A DNA stretch of 42,621 nt from the IMG/VR virus record IMGVR_UViG_3300043681_000019, positions 1-42,621 of that record. One strand, given 5' to 3'. Below are positions 31,223-39,375 of this stretch, in pieces (position 1 is the first letter of the stretch; each line of letters begins with the position of its first letter). A program made the translations under genes and the position numbers. This stretch comes from a virus. The notes under the pieces are model-generated. The model worked only from the letters and a program-made list of their open reading frames with translations. It was not told the origin of the DNA and did not search any database.

Positions 31223-32677
31223 ATGCCGCGGGCGGAACTGCACTGGAACCCGCTGCAATCGACGGCGCTGCAAGCGACGCACCGGTTTGTCGACTTGGAA
31301 GGCGGCATCCGCGCGGGCAAGACAACCCCCCTTGTCGCCAAGCCGGCGGACTTGGCCATCCGATACCCCGGGATTCACTGCTTCCTCGGACGGTGGACGG
31401 ATGACGCGGTGTCAGCTCAGTTGCGGCCGGCGTGGCGCGACTATGCCGCCAAGGTGGGACTCGAGCTGTACTGGCATGGGGACGAGCAGTACGACGAGGT
31501 CATCGGGACCGGCTCGCGGGTGTACTTGCGCGGGCTGCGGGCGAGTGAGGACAGTAACCGGTACGGGAAGTTCCGGGGGCTCACCCTCGCATGGATTGGC
31601 ATCGACCAGGCCGAAGAGGTGCCGCACGATGTGTTCCTGGAACTCGCCGGCCGCTTGTCGCAGCCAGGCTATCCGCATCAACTCTGGTTGACGCCGCAGC
31701 CCGTGATCCCAGACCACTGGATAGCGAAGACGTTCCCGGAAGACAATCCGTACCCCGACCATCTGTACCTGCGGACCAACGTGTACGACAACGTCGCGAA
31801 CGTCGGCCAGGCGTACGTCGATTCGCTCGAAGCCTTGTACCCGTTGGGGTCGTCACAACGACGCACGTTGCTGGAAGGCCGACGGGGCCTTGCGGGACGA
31901 GGCGAGCCGGTGTATGCGGGGTACTTCGACCGACAGCGGCACGTGCGGCCCGTGGAGCTGTCCTTGCGGGTGCCGCTGATTGAGTCGTGGGACTGGGGGC
32001 ATGGGCATCCGTGCGTGTCGTGGTCGCAGTTCTGGCCGGTCGGGGCGTACGTGCAGCTCGGGGCCGTGATGGGGCAAGCGATGTTCCTCGAAGACTTCGT
32101 GCCGGCGGCCTTGCAGTATCGGCAGCAATGGTGCCCGCGGCCGCTGACCATCCATGCGACGGGGGACCCGGCGGGGTTGGATGTGACCAATCAGGGCACG
32201 AAAGTCTCGAAGGTGCGAGAAGTGTTGGCCTCGCATGGCGTGACACCGACGGCCATCGCGTCGATGAACACGCCGGAGATGCGGTACGACTCGATTCAGG
32301 CGACGGGCGGGTACATGCGGCGCATCGCGCTCGATGGGGAACCGGCGTTTCGGGTCAATCCGCGGTGTGTGGTGTTGACGGGAGACGGGGCGGAAGATGC
32401 CAGCTTTACCGTCGATGGGTACGAGGGCGGGTACGTGTGGTCGGATATCGTGTTGCGCGGGCGGCAGACGTTTCGGGTGCCGAAGAAGGACGGGTACTAC
32501 GACCATTTTCAGAACACGAACGAGTACGCGGTGTTGATGCACGGGCCGGGACTGGTGACGCAGGAGACGCTCGCGCGAGTGGAGCGGCGGGAGGAGCGGC
32601 GGCGGATGCAGGACCGGGACCCGGCGGATGTACGGGAGCGGCGACGTGAGGGGATGCGGCATCGGGTGGGGCGATGA
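31223..32677 (+). CDS. terL: Terminase large subunit (484 aa)
   Basis: Walker A GGIRAGKT and Walker B-like LAWIGIDQAEE. The C-terminal nuclease half contains SWDWGHGHP and ATGDPAG. Confidence 0.9.
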   Translation: MPRAELHWNPLQSTALQATHRFVDLEGGIRAGKTTPLVAKPADLAIRYPGIHCFLGRWTDDAVSAQLRPAWRDYAAKVGLELYWHGDEQYDEVIGTGSRVYLRGLRASEDSNRYGKFRGLTLAWIGIDQAEEVPHDVFLELAGRLSQPGYPHQLWLTPQPVIPDHWIAKTFPEDNPYPDHLYLRTNVYDNVANVGQAYVDSLEALYPLGSSQRRTLLEGRRGLAGRGEPVYAGYFDRQRHVRPVELSLRVPLIESWDWGHGHPCVSWSQFWPVGAYVQLGAVMGQAMFLEDFVPAALQYRQQWCPRPLTIHATGDPAGLDVTNQGTKVSKVREVLASHGVTPTAIASMNTPEMRYDSIQATGGYMRRIALDGEPAFRVNPRCVVLTGDGAEDASFTVDGYEGGYVWSDIVLRGRQTFRVPKKDGYYDHFQNTNEYAVLMHGPGLVTQETLARVERREERRRMQDRDPADVRERRREGMRHRVGR

Positions 32678-32973
32678 CGACACCGGCCCGTGACTTTGAA
32701 CTCGACATGCTGAGGGCGGCGCTCACCAAGGCCCATGCGCTATTGGATGCGCAGGCGTGGCAGCCCATCGCCACCGCGCCGACGGATGGGGAGGCTCTGT
32801 TTTGGGTGGTGCCCAAGACGGCCGAGGAGGCCTACGGCGACACGTCAGGCGTGCCCATCGTCGCCGAATCGCTGACGCCGCGCCTCATGCTGGGGTTCTA
32901 TGGGCAGTGGTCGTCATTGGAGAAAGCGCTGTGGTGGATGCCGCTCCCGACCACGCCAGAGGAGACGCCATGA
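32674..32973 (+). CDS. DUF551-like protein (99 aa)
   Basis: ATGA overlap at 32674. Contains WQPIATAPTDGEALFWVV...ALWWMPLPTTPE. Confidence 0.6.
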   Translation: MTTPARDFELDMLRAALTKAHALLDAQAWQPIATAPTDGEALFWVVPKTAEEAYGDTSGVPIVAESLTPRLMLGFYGQWSSLEKALWWMPLPTTPEETP

Positions 32974-33077
32974 GCCCGATACCCGTGTGTGTGCGCTGCG
33001 GCTATCTGAAGAGCCGCCATCATGTGGAACTACTGCGGATGGGCGGCGGTGATCTGTCCGACCGCGACATTCGCTGA
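32970..33077 (+). CDS. Possible 35-aa peptide
   Basis: ATGA overlap at 32970. Translation begins MSPIPVCVRCGYLKSRHHVELLRMGGG... Confidence 0.2.
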   Translation: MSPIPVCVRCGYLKSRHHVELLRMGGGDLSDRDIR

Positions 33078-33148
33078 GTCGTTTCAAGCCCCTCCAGAGG
33101 AGACGAAGTGACGACGCGCGACGGGTTCGATGAGTGTGAGGAACACCG

Positions 33149-33373
33149 ATGACAGAAGGCGGCATGGACGACACGCGAACGGTCGATGAGGAGCTGCGCG
33201 CGATTGCCCTGGGGATTCTGGACCAGGCGAAGCGCGAGACGGACGCGGGCGTCGCGCCCACGCGGATTCTCGCGCTCGGGATGGCGGCTGGGGCCATCAT
33301 GCGGGTGCGGGACGATTGGGAAGCGATCCACGGGCCACTAACCCGGTTGCCGAAGATGCAGGCAGACGCATGA
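33149..33373 (+). CDS. Hypothetical protein (74 aa)
   Basis: GAGGAA lies upstream of the ATG. ATGA overlap at the 3' end. Confidence 0.5.
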   Translation: MTEGGMDDTRTVDEELRAIALGILDQAKRETDAGVAPTRILALGMAAGAIMRVRDDWEAIHGPLTRLPKMQADA

Positions 33374-33633
33374 AGCCGCGACCAGTGAGGTATACGTGGG
33401 ACGACACATCGGGCATCTCGAAGAAAGTGGCGAAGCTGGAGGGGGAGCAGGCAGGGATCTGTCATGGCTTTGTCGCGCTGGCGGACGAGCCGACGCTGTC
33501 GGCGATTGTGGAGCAGGAGGACGGCTGTCTCTGCCTGCCGGATGCCGTGAATTGTCGCTTTCTCGACGTGAGCGACGACGACCCGCCGCTGGCCTGGCAA
33601 CTCACGCGGTTGCGAAAGTTGGGCGCGGACTAA
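33370..33633 (+). CDS. Hypothetical protein (87 aa)
   Basis: ATGA overlap at 33370 and TAATG overlap at 33633. Confidence 0.55.
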   Translation: MKPRPVRYTWDDTSGISKKVAKLEGEQAGICHGFVALADEPTLSAIVEQEDGCLCLPDAVNCRFLDVSDDDPPLAWQLTRLRKLGAD

Positions 33634-33881
33634 TGGCGACCCTGCTCTATGCGTGGGACGTTGGCGGCTTCGTCGTGGCGTGTGACGTGGAGGCGCGCGA
33701 CGGGCGCGGGCGTGTGACGTTCAGTGTGGTCGAGGCCGACGCGCGGCGGTTCGCTGATGTCGGCGAGGCGCTGGACTACTGGAAGCGACCCTCCACTGTG
33801 CGGCCCCTGCGGCCGGACGGCAAGCCAAACCGGCCGCTCTCGGCCTACAGCGTGGAACTACGGCAGGTCGACCGCCCGTGA
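33633..33881 (+). CDS. Hypothetical protein (82 aa)
   Basis: TAATG overlap at 33633. Normal composition. Confidence 0.55.
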   Translation: MATLLYAWDVGGFVVACDVEARDGRGRVTFSVVEADARRFADVGEALDYWKRPSTVRPLRPDGKPNRPLSAYSVELRQVDRP

Positions 33882-33915
33882 CGCGCACGTCCCCCGTCAC
33901 AAGGACATGCGCGTC
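33880..33915. terminator. Hairpin between convergent genes (candidate bidirectional terminator)
   Basis: GACGCGCACGTCC (33880-33892) pairs with GGACATGCGCGTC (33903-33915) at 12/13 positions around a 10-nt loop. No U-tract. Confidence 0.4.
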
Positions 33916-33932
33916 ACGTCCGCCTCCGCGTC

Positions 33933-34343
33933 TTACTTCGGTTCCGGCCTCGGCTCGGTCGGCAACGTGTGGTCCGGATAGCCCTGGTCGGGAGAACCCG
34001 GCAGCGTGTGGTCGGGCACCAGAATCAACCCCAAGCACGCCAGCCACTTCACGATGTACTTCCGCCCCGGCACAATCGGGAGCTGCGCCGCGTACGGCGG
34101 CAGGCTGTTGTCCGGCTTCTCGGTCGGGTCGTACGGAAACACCGGCAACTGCACCGCCTGCCCGCCCCCCGGCAACTGAATCGGATGGGTCGGCGTGCCC
34201 CCTCCCCCGCCAAAGACCGGCAACTGCCCGGCACTCGGGGGCGGTAGGTAAATCGGCGGCATGGGATACGGGCCACCGCCGGGCAGGCTGTTGTCGACCT
34301 GTCCTCCATCAAGAAACGTGATTACGGCTAATCGTGAGGCCAT
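33933..34343 (-). CDS. Reverse-oriented Pro-rich repeat protein (136 aa)
   Basis: AGGAG lies 9 nt upstream of ATG 34343. Recurrent DNSLP / DHTLP / QLPVF motifs. Confidence 0.6.
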   Translation of the reverse strand: MASRLAVITFLDGGQVDNSLPGGGPYPMPPIYLPPPSAGQLPVFGGGGGTPTHPIQLPGGGQAVQLPVFPYDPTEKPDNSLPPYAAQLPIVPGRKYIVKWLACLGLILVPDHTLPGSPDQGYPDHTLPTEPRPEPK

Positions 34344-34529
34344 CGGGGGTACTCCTGTGACGCCGGACCCAGACCGCACGGTGGGGGAACGTGACTCCTC
34401 GCATGCACACATCGGGGCCTCGATTCGGACGGGATGACGGCTCAGGATTGAGCCGAGGGCGCCATGTTACTCCGAAAACTTCTGCGCGCCTGAATCTTCA
34501 GCGATGCTAGACTAGCGGCCAGTTGCCGC

Positions 34530-36650
34530 ATGGCTGACGCTGCCCCGATCCCCGGCCTCGCCGGTGTGCCCCTGGCCCGCGGCGCGGCCAAAACCGACCC
34601 GTACCGCGTCAAATTGTCTCCCGAGGACGAGCAGACGTTCGTCCAATGGCTCATCAACGAAATTCAGGCCGCGGATAACGCCCGCGCGAAGAGTACGCAG
34701 GACCACGGCCGCATTGACTACTGGCACGAGCTGTACGAGCAGACCCCGCAAGACCTCAGCGCCGCCTGGCCCGATGCGGCCAACCTCAGTTCGTGGCTTC
34801 CGGTCGAAAAGGTGGATGCGCTGCGCGCCCGGTTGACGCAAGTCGTCTTCGGGCCGTCGCCCATTTGTACGGTGGACGGGTACGGGGAGTCGCAAGAGCG
34901 GTGCGGGAAACTCGAAGCGTTCCACGAGTGGAAAGCGAAGGACGAAAAACTCCGCACGTGGTTTTCCCGCGCGATTCATACCAGTCTGATTGAAGGCAAC
35001 GGCATCCTGGAGTGTTCCGAACGCCGCCTCGTGCGGAAATTCCAAGCGCAAACGCGCGTCCATGCGGTCACCGATGACTTCGGCGCCCTCCAACTCGACG
35101 AACACGGGCGCCCGACGCCGAAACGCGGCGACGACGGCCAACTCGAGGTCTGCGACGAGCCCGGCTGCGAGAAACCCTCGCTCACGGTCCACTACAGCGA
35201 CCAGGCGGCCGTCTGTGACGGGCCGCAGTACCGCGTCTTGTCGATGAAAGACTTCCTGTTTCTCCCAGGCCACGCGCGGGACACGTCCGAAGTGTGGGGC
35301 TTTGCCAAACGCGTGTTTTTGCGGCTCCCGGAACTCGAACAGCGTCAACGCGCGGGCTTCTACCGGAACGTCGACCAGATTGGCACCGATGGCGACCGTG
35401 ACCAGCGCGAAGAGGACACGCGTCAGGGGCGCACAATTGCCCCGCAACAGGGGCCGACGGCCGAAAAAGAACTGTGGGAAGTGCATCTCTTCTACGACAT
35501 CGATGATGACGGCGTCGAAGAGTGGCTGATTGCGACCGTGAGTGTCCGCTTCGGCGTCTGTCTCCGGCTCGAACATGACTCGCTACGCCAGGTCCGGTTC
35601 ATTTCCCTCACCCCGTTTCCGCGCGCCGATTCGGTCTACGGCTACTCGTTTGTCGGGGACAAAATCGCCGGGGTCGCCGAAGAACACGCGGCCTTGCGGA
35701 ATCAGATTGCCGACCGCGGCGCGCTCGCGACCAACGCGCCCATCAAACGCTTGAAAGATGGCTACTGGAATCCCGACGATCAGCCGTGGGGCCCGAACGC
35801 GGTCATCGAAGTCGCGCGCATGGACGAAATCCAGCAGCAGCAAGTCGCCGATGTCCCGCAGTCGACCGTGTTTCAGAAGCGCGATTGCGAAGAGGCGGCC
35901 GAGCGCATTTCCGGCCTGAACGATCAGAGCGTCATCGGCGCGGGCTCGCCCACGCAAATCACCGCGACGCAAGTCCAACAGGAAGCGCACGCGTCGTTTG
36001 TCCGCATTGACGAGCCCGTCCATCACCTGCAGGAGGCGATGGCCGAGCTGTATCAGTTGCGGAATGAAATCTGGCGGCGGTCCTTGCTCGCGCAGGACTC
36101 GGGCGTGGCCCCGACCTCGAGCGTCCTCCGTGGCTTGCAGACGATTGGCCTCACGATGCCGACCGAGGGGCCGTTCAAATTCACGCACGAGGATCTGACC
36201 GGACACTTCTCGTTCGTGCCGAAGGGCAGTGTCGAGACGGCCGACAAGTACCGGATGCGCGAGGATTTCAATCTGTTTTTCGCGCAGACGTTGCCGGCGA
36301 TTGCGAAAGTGTTTCCGCAACTGCTCCAGCAGATCCAGACCAACCCCAAAGTCGGCGAGATGATTCTGCAGAAGGCGTTTCATCTGTACGGGATGAGCGA
36401 TCTGCAGAGCGTGTTCTCAAGCGGCGGACCGCCGATGCCGATGACCGCGCCGGGGATGCCTGGGATGCCCGGGATGCCGCCAGGGATGCCCTCGCCGCAG
36501 CCACCGGCCGGTCCGGGCGCCTTGCCCGGACTGCCGCCTGGGCCAGCGCCACCCGTGCGCGGCCCTGAAGTGCCGCCGCAGGTGCTCCAGATGCTGCAAG
36601 CCGCAATGGCGCACGGGGCGCCGGTGCCTGGGCCGGCGACGCCGCAATGA
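34530..36650 (+). CDS. Portal protein (706 aa) with a Pro/Gly/Met-rich C-terminal tail
   Basis: Size and position between terL and scaffold/capsid. Long helical core. The tail contains PGMPGMPGMPPGMP. Confidence 0.75.
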   Translation: MADAAPIPGLAGVPLARGAAKTDPYRVKLSPEDEQTFVQWLINEIQAADNARAKSTQDHGRIDYWHELYEQTPQDLSAAWPDAANLSSWLPVEKVDALRARLTQVVFGPSPICTVDGYGESQERCGKLEAFHEWKAKDEKLRTWFSRAIHTSLIEGNGILECSERRLVRKFQAQTRVHAVTDDFGALQLDEHGRPTPKRGDDGQLEVCDEPGCEKPSLTVHYSDQAAVCDGPQYRVLSMKDFLFLPGHARDTSEVWGFAKRVFLRLPELEQRQRAGFYRNVDQIGTDGDRDQREEDTRQGRTIAPQQGPTAEKELWEVHLFYDIDDDGVEEWLIATVSVRFGVCLRLEHDSLRQVRFISLTPFPRADSVYGYSFVGDKIAGVAEEHAALRNQIADRGALATNAPIKRLKDGYWNPDDQPWGPNAVIEVARMDEIQQQQVADVPQSTVFQKRDCEEAAERISGLNDQSVIGAGSPTQITATQVQQEAHASFVRIDEPVHHLQEAMAELYQLRNEIWRRSLLAQDSGVAPTSSVLRGLQTIGLTMPTEGPFKFTHEDLTGHFSFVPKGSVETADKYRMREDFNLFFAQTLPAIAKVFPQLLQQIQTNPKVGEMILQKAFHLYGMSDLQSVFSSGGPPMPMTAPGMPGMPGMPPGMPSPQPPAGPGALPGLPPGPAPPVRGPEVPPQVLQMLQAAMAHGAPVPGPATPQ

Positions 36651-36976
36651 TCGCGACCGACACCCAGCCCAACGGCTACGTGCCGCCGCCCGAGGGGCAG
36701 CCTGACCGGGAACGCGACGACCTGCAGGCGATGTTGCACTCGCCCGGCTGGCGGATTTTCTGTGAGCATGTGGCGGAAGACTGGGGCCGGCCCGAAGTGC
36801 TGACGCGCATCTGTGCGGCGCTCCAGAACGAGCAGTACATCGTCGCCGCCCGTCTCAGCGCCGGGAAGGACGCGATCGAAGCCGTCATGACGTGGCCGCT
36901 CAATCGCATTCACGCCTTGAGCCTGCCCGTGCGTGCACGCGCGGCGGGCCGTCCCCATCGGAGGGCCCGTGTTTGA
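36647..36976 (+). CDS. Hypothetical head-module protein (109 aa)
   Basis: ATGA overlap with the portal stop. Confidence 0.55.
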   Translation: MIATDTQPNGYVPPPEGQPDRERDDLQAMLHSPGWRIFCEHVAEDWGRPEVLTRICAALQNEQYIVAARLSAGKDAIEAVMTWPLNRIHALSLPVRARAAGRPHRRARV

Positions 36977-37253
36977 GCCCCGCGGTCCGAACGCCTTGAT
37001 TGATCCGATCGCGCCGACGCCGCGATCCGCACTCATTGCGCTGACCGACCGTGAGGTGCCGATCGTGGGTCGCGTCGTCGCCCTCGGCAAGGCGCATTGC
37101 CCCGACTGCGGCACCCGGCTCGTGCCCGATGTCGAGGTGGGGGCGATCGTAATCGTGCCGCCGACCGCCGGACAGGAAACGATCGTCGATGACCATGAAT
37201 ATTGGGTCGTGCCCTTCGCGGACATCCTGGCGGAATGGAAAGAGGACGTATGA
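36969..37253 (+). CDS. GroES/Cpn10-fold-like protein (94 aa from GTG 36969; the track ORF starts at 36933)
   Basis: LIALTDRE..IVGRVVALGK...VPDVEVGAIVIV...DDHEYWVVPFADILAEW parallels GroES (GEVLAVG...DVKVGDIVIF...EEVLIMSESDILAIV). No mobile-loop segment is present. Confidence 0.45.
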   Translation: MFEPRGPNALIDPIAPTPRSALIALTDREVPIVGRVVALGKAHCPDCGTRLVPDVEVGAIVIVPPTAGQETIVDDHEYWVVPFADILAEWKEDV

Positions 37254-38233
37254 GTGATGACGCCGCCGTCGCCGCCGAGACGATTCCGCTCGAAGATGGC
37301 GAGGGCGCGAGCACCCCGCTCCCGCCGGACCTCGCGCTACCGACCGAGCCCGCCGTCCCCGCGACGCCGCCGGCGGGGGAGACGCCCCAGGGAGAAACGC
37401 CCCCGGCGGCCGCCGCCCCGGTCGACCCGGCCAAGGCCGGCATCCTCGCCGAACTCGGCCGCGAACGGCACGAAAACAAGACGTTGAAACAGTTCCGAGA
37501 CCAGGCGTCGCCGATTCTCCTCGCGCTCCAGAAGCATCCCGATCTACTGGTCGAGATTCAGCAGCGGGAAAGTGGGGCGCCGCGCCCGGCCCCCCCGGCC
37601 GGCGTCCCCGCCCGCACGCCCCCGCCGGCCGAGGTCGGCCCTTCGGTCGAGGATCTGACGCAACTGGCCACCGACCTCGTGCTCTACAAGGCCGACGGTT
37701 CGGGCCTCCCTGATGTGGACGCCGCGCGGCGCATCTGGCAGCGCAACTCCCAGCAGGTGCAGCAGGCCGTGAATGCGGCCATCGCGCAGCATGTGGCGCC
37801 CATGCAGCAGACGATGCAGCGCAGCCAGGCGCAGCAGGCGCGCGAGGCGATTGAACAGACGGCCAAGTCCATCGGCGCCGATGGCCCGGAACTCGCGCAG
37901 ATTCTCGATGGCTTCATGCAGAGCGACCCGAGCCTGCTCAGCAACCCGCAGATTGCCGTCTCGGCCATCGTCATGGCGCGCGGTATGAAAGGCATGCCCA
38001 CCGGCGGCACGCCCGCCGTGGCCGCGCCCGGGACACCGCCCGGGCTTGAGGCCCCCGCGCCCGTGTTCACGGAACGGCCGGGCGCTCGCACACCGCAGCC
38101 CGTCGTCATGGCGCCGATTGAACAGCGCGCGGCCAAAGCGCGCGGCATGACGCCGGAAGCCTGGGGCGCGGCCACCGCGCCGCTCACGACCGCCGTCAAA
38201 GGCCAGCAACATATCGTCTTGGAGAATGACTAA
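37250..38233 (+). CDS. Putative scaffolding protein (327 aa)
   Basis: ATGA overlap at 37250. Acidic, Pro-rich N-terminus followed by A/Q-rich helices. Located between portal and capsid. Confidence 0.55.
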   Translation: MSDDAAVAAETIPLEDGEGASTPLPPDLALPTEPAVPATPPAGETPQGETPPAAAAPVDPAKAGILAELGRERHENKTLKQFRDQASPILLALQKHPDLLVEIQQRESGAPRPAPPAGVPARTPPPAEVGPSVEDLTQLATDLVLYKADGSGLPDVDAARRIWQRNSQQVQQAVNAAIAQHVAPMQQTMQRSQAQQAREAIEQTAKSIGADGPELAQILDGFMQSDPSLLSNPQIAVSAIVMARGMKGMPTGGTPAVAAPGTPPGLEAPAPVFTERPGARTPQPVVMAPIEQRAAKARGMTPEAWGAATAPLTTAVKGQQHIVLEND

Positions 38234-38799
38234 TGCCCCGATCCCCCCGCGCCGAATCCCTGCCGGAGACGTTCGAGGACGACGGCGCCGCGCCGGTCCC
38301 CACGCCACCGACCTTGCCGAGTTTCGAGATTGCCGAACGGCGCGCGAAGTACGGCGATGTCGCGACGTTGCGCGAGCTGGACGCCGCCGCGGCGCTCGTC
38401 GATCAGGCCGTGCCGATGGTCACGCGCTGGATCTATACCGGCCCCGGCGCCCCGCTCGATCGCTTCTACGAAATCATCGCGCAGAAGGGCTATCAGCAGG
38501 TCCACGAGCGGGACCTGAAGACCCCGGCGCACCGGAACGGGTGGGGCCTCTCGCCGGAAGGGTACGTGACGCGCGGCGAGAAGGGCCACGAACTGCTCGT
38601 CAAGATGCCCGAGCATCTCTACAAGCAGATTCAGGCGAAGAAGGCGCACGATGCGGACGCGAAGCGCCGGTCCGCGGGGAAATTGCGGCAGGACCTCGCC
38701 GAGGATCTCGCGGAGGCGGGCCACTCGCGCGCCGAGGCGATCGGCCGCGGTATCCAGATGTCCGAGTTTCAGGAAACCGCCGACGTACGGAAAATCTGA
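38233..38799 (+). CDS. Hypothetical head-module protein (188 aa)
   Basis: TAATG overlap at 38233. Normal composition. Confidence 0.6.
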   Translation: MPRSPRAESLPETFEDDGAAPVPTPPTLPSFEIAERRAKYGDVATLRELDAAAALVDQAVPMVTRWIYTGPGAPLDRFYEIIAQKGYQQVHERDLKTPAHRNGWGLSPEGYVTRGEKGHELLVKMPEHLYKQIQAKKAHDADAKRRSAGKLRQDLAEDLAEAGHSRAEAIGRGIQMSEFQETADVRKI

Positions 38800-38807
38800 G
38801 TGCACGG

Positions 38808-38883
38808 TGCGGGGTAGAGCAGCGGCCAGCTCGCCAGGCTCATAACCTGGAGATCGCCGGTTCGAGTCCGGCCCCCGCTACCA
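38808..38883 (+). tRNA. tRNA with CAU anticodon (Met, or Ile2 if lysidinylated), with an encoded CCA end
   Basis: Manual cloverleaf: TGCGGGG / TA / GAGC-AGCGGCCA-GCTC / G / CCAGG-CTCATAA-CCTGG / AGATC / GCCGG-TTCGAGT-CCGGC / CCCCGCT / A / CCA, 76 nt in total. Position 1:72 is T-T. Confidence 0.85.
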
Positions 38884-39352
38884 CACGAAGGAGTCCGGTG
38901 CAGGTGACGATGAGCCGCCCTCGCGAGAGGAGAAGTGAACTCGAGCCTGCGGCGCACGCGGCCCAGTCATCGATGCAGATCCATACGGCACCGCGGCCGC
39001 TGGTCCTCGATCATCAGGGCGCTCGTCTCGAGCGCGCGATCGGATTCCGCCCACGTTGGCTACCGAGACGTGACCGTGAACCGTCTTGCTGACCGGACTC
39101 CGAGAGAGTAGACTCGCTCGCATCAAGCGGGGCGTGCGTCGGTGGGCACGCCTCAGATCGACCGAACACTGATCGATCGCTCGCCGGCGTCATGCGGACC
39201 GCGAGCGATGGCCCGCGCCTCCGCATGTTCGCGGCCCAAGCCCCGCGTCACCCACGCTTGATCGGCCGGAGACTCGGTCGGAGTCCTTCGCGCGGCATCC
39301 TGAGCCCGACCCAACACTTCACCTTTTTCCGCGGGCGGTTCCACGTGGAACC
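38884..39352 (+). ncRNA. Gene-free GC-rich region next to the tRNA: candidate structured RNA or regulatory region
   Basis: No credible ORF on either strand across about 490 nt. GGAGTCCGGT (38890-38899) is complementary to ACCGGACTCC (39092-39101). Local hairpins include CCTC-GCGA-GAGG (38919-38930), GGCGTGC/GCACGCC (39131-39152) and CATGCGGA/TCCGCATG (39191-39227). Confidence 0.3.
39337..39352. promoter_or_regulatory. 16-bp perfect palindrome GGTTCCACGTGGAACC upstream of the decoration/capsid genes
   Basis: Read directly from the sequence. It ends 9 nt before the AAGGAG Shine-Dalgarno of the gene starting at 39376. Confidence 0.45.
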
Positions 39353-39375
39353 GATCTCGCCAAGGAGTGTGGCTC

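Noticed and set aside
38808-38883. Calling the CAU tRNA an initiator tRNA-fMet
   Set aside because: The 1:72 mismatch is suggestive. However, the anticodon stem has only two G:C pairs next to the loop (A29), not the three consecutive G:C pairs of bacterial initiators, and the mismatch is U-U rather than C-A.
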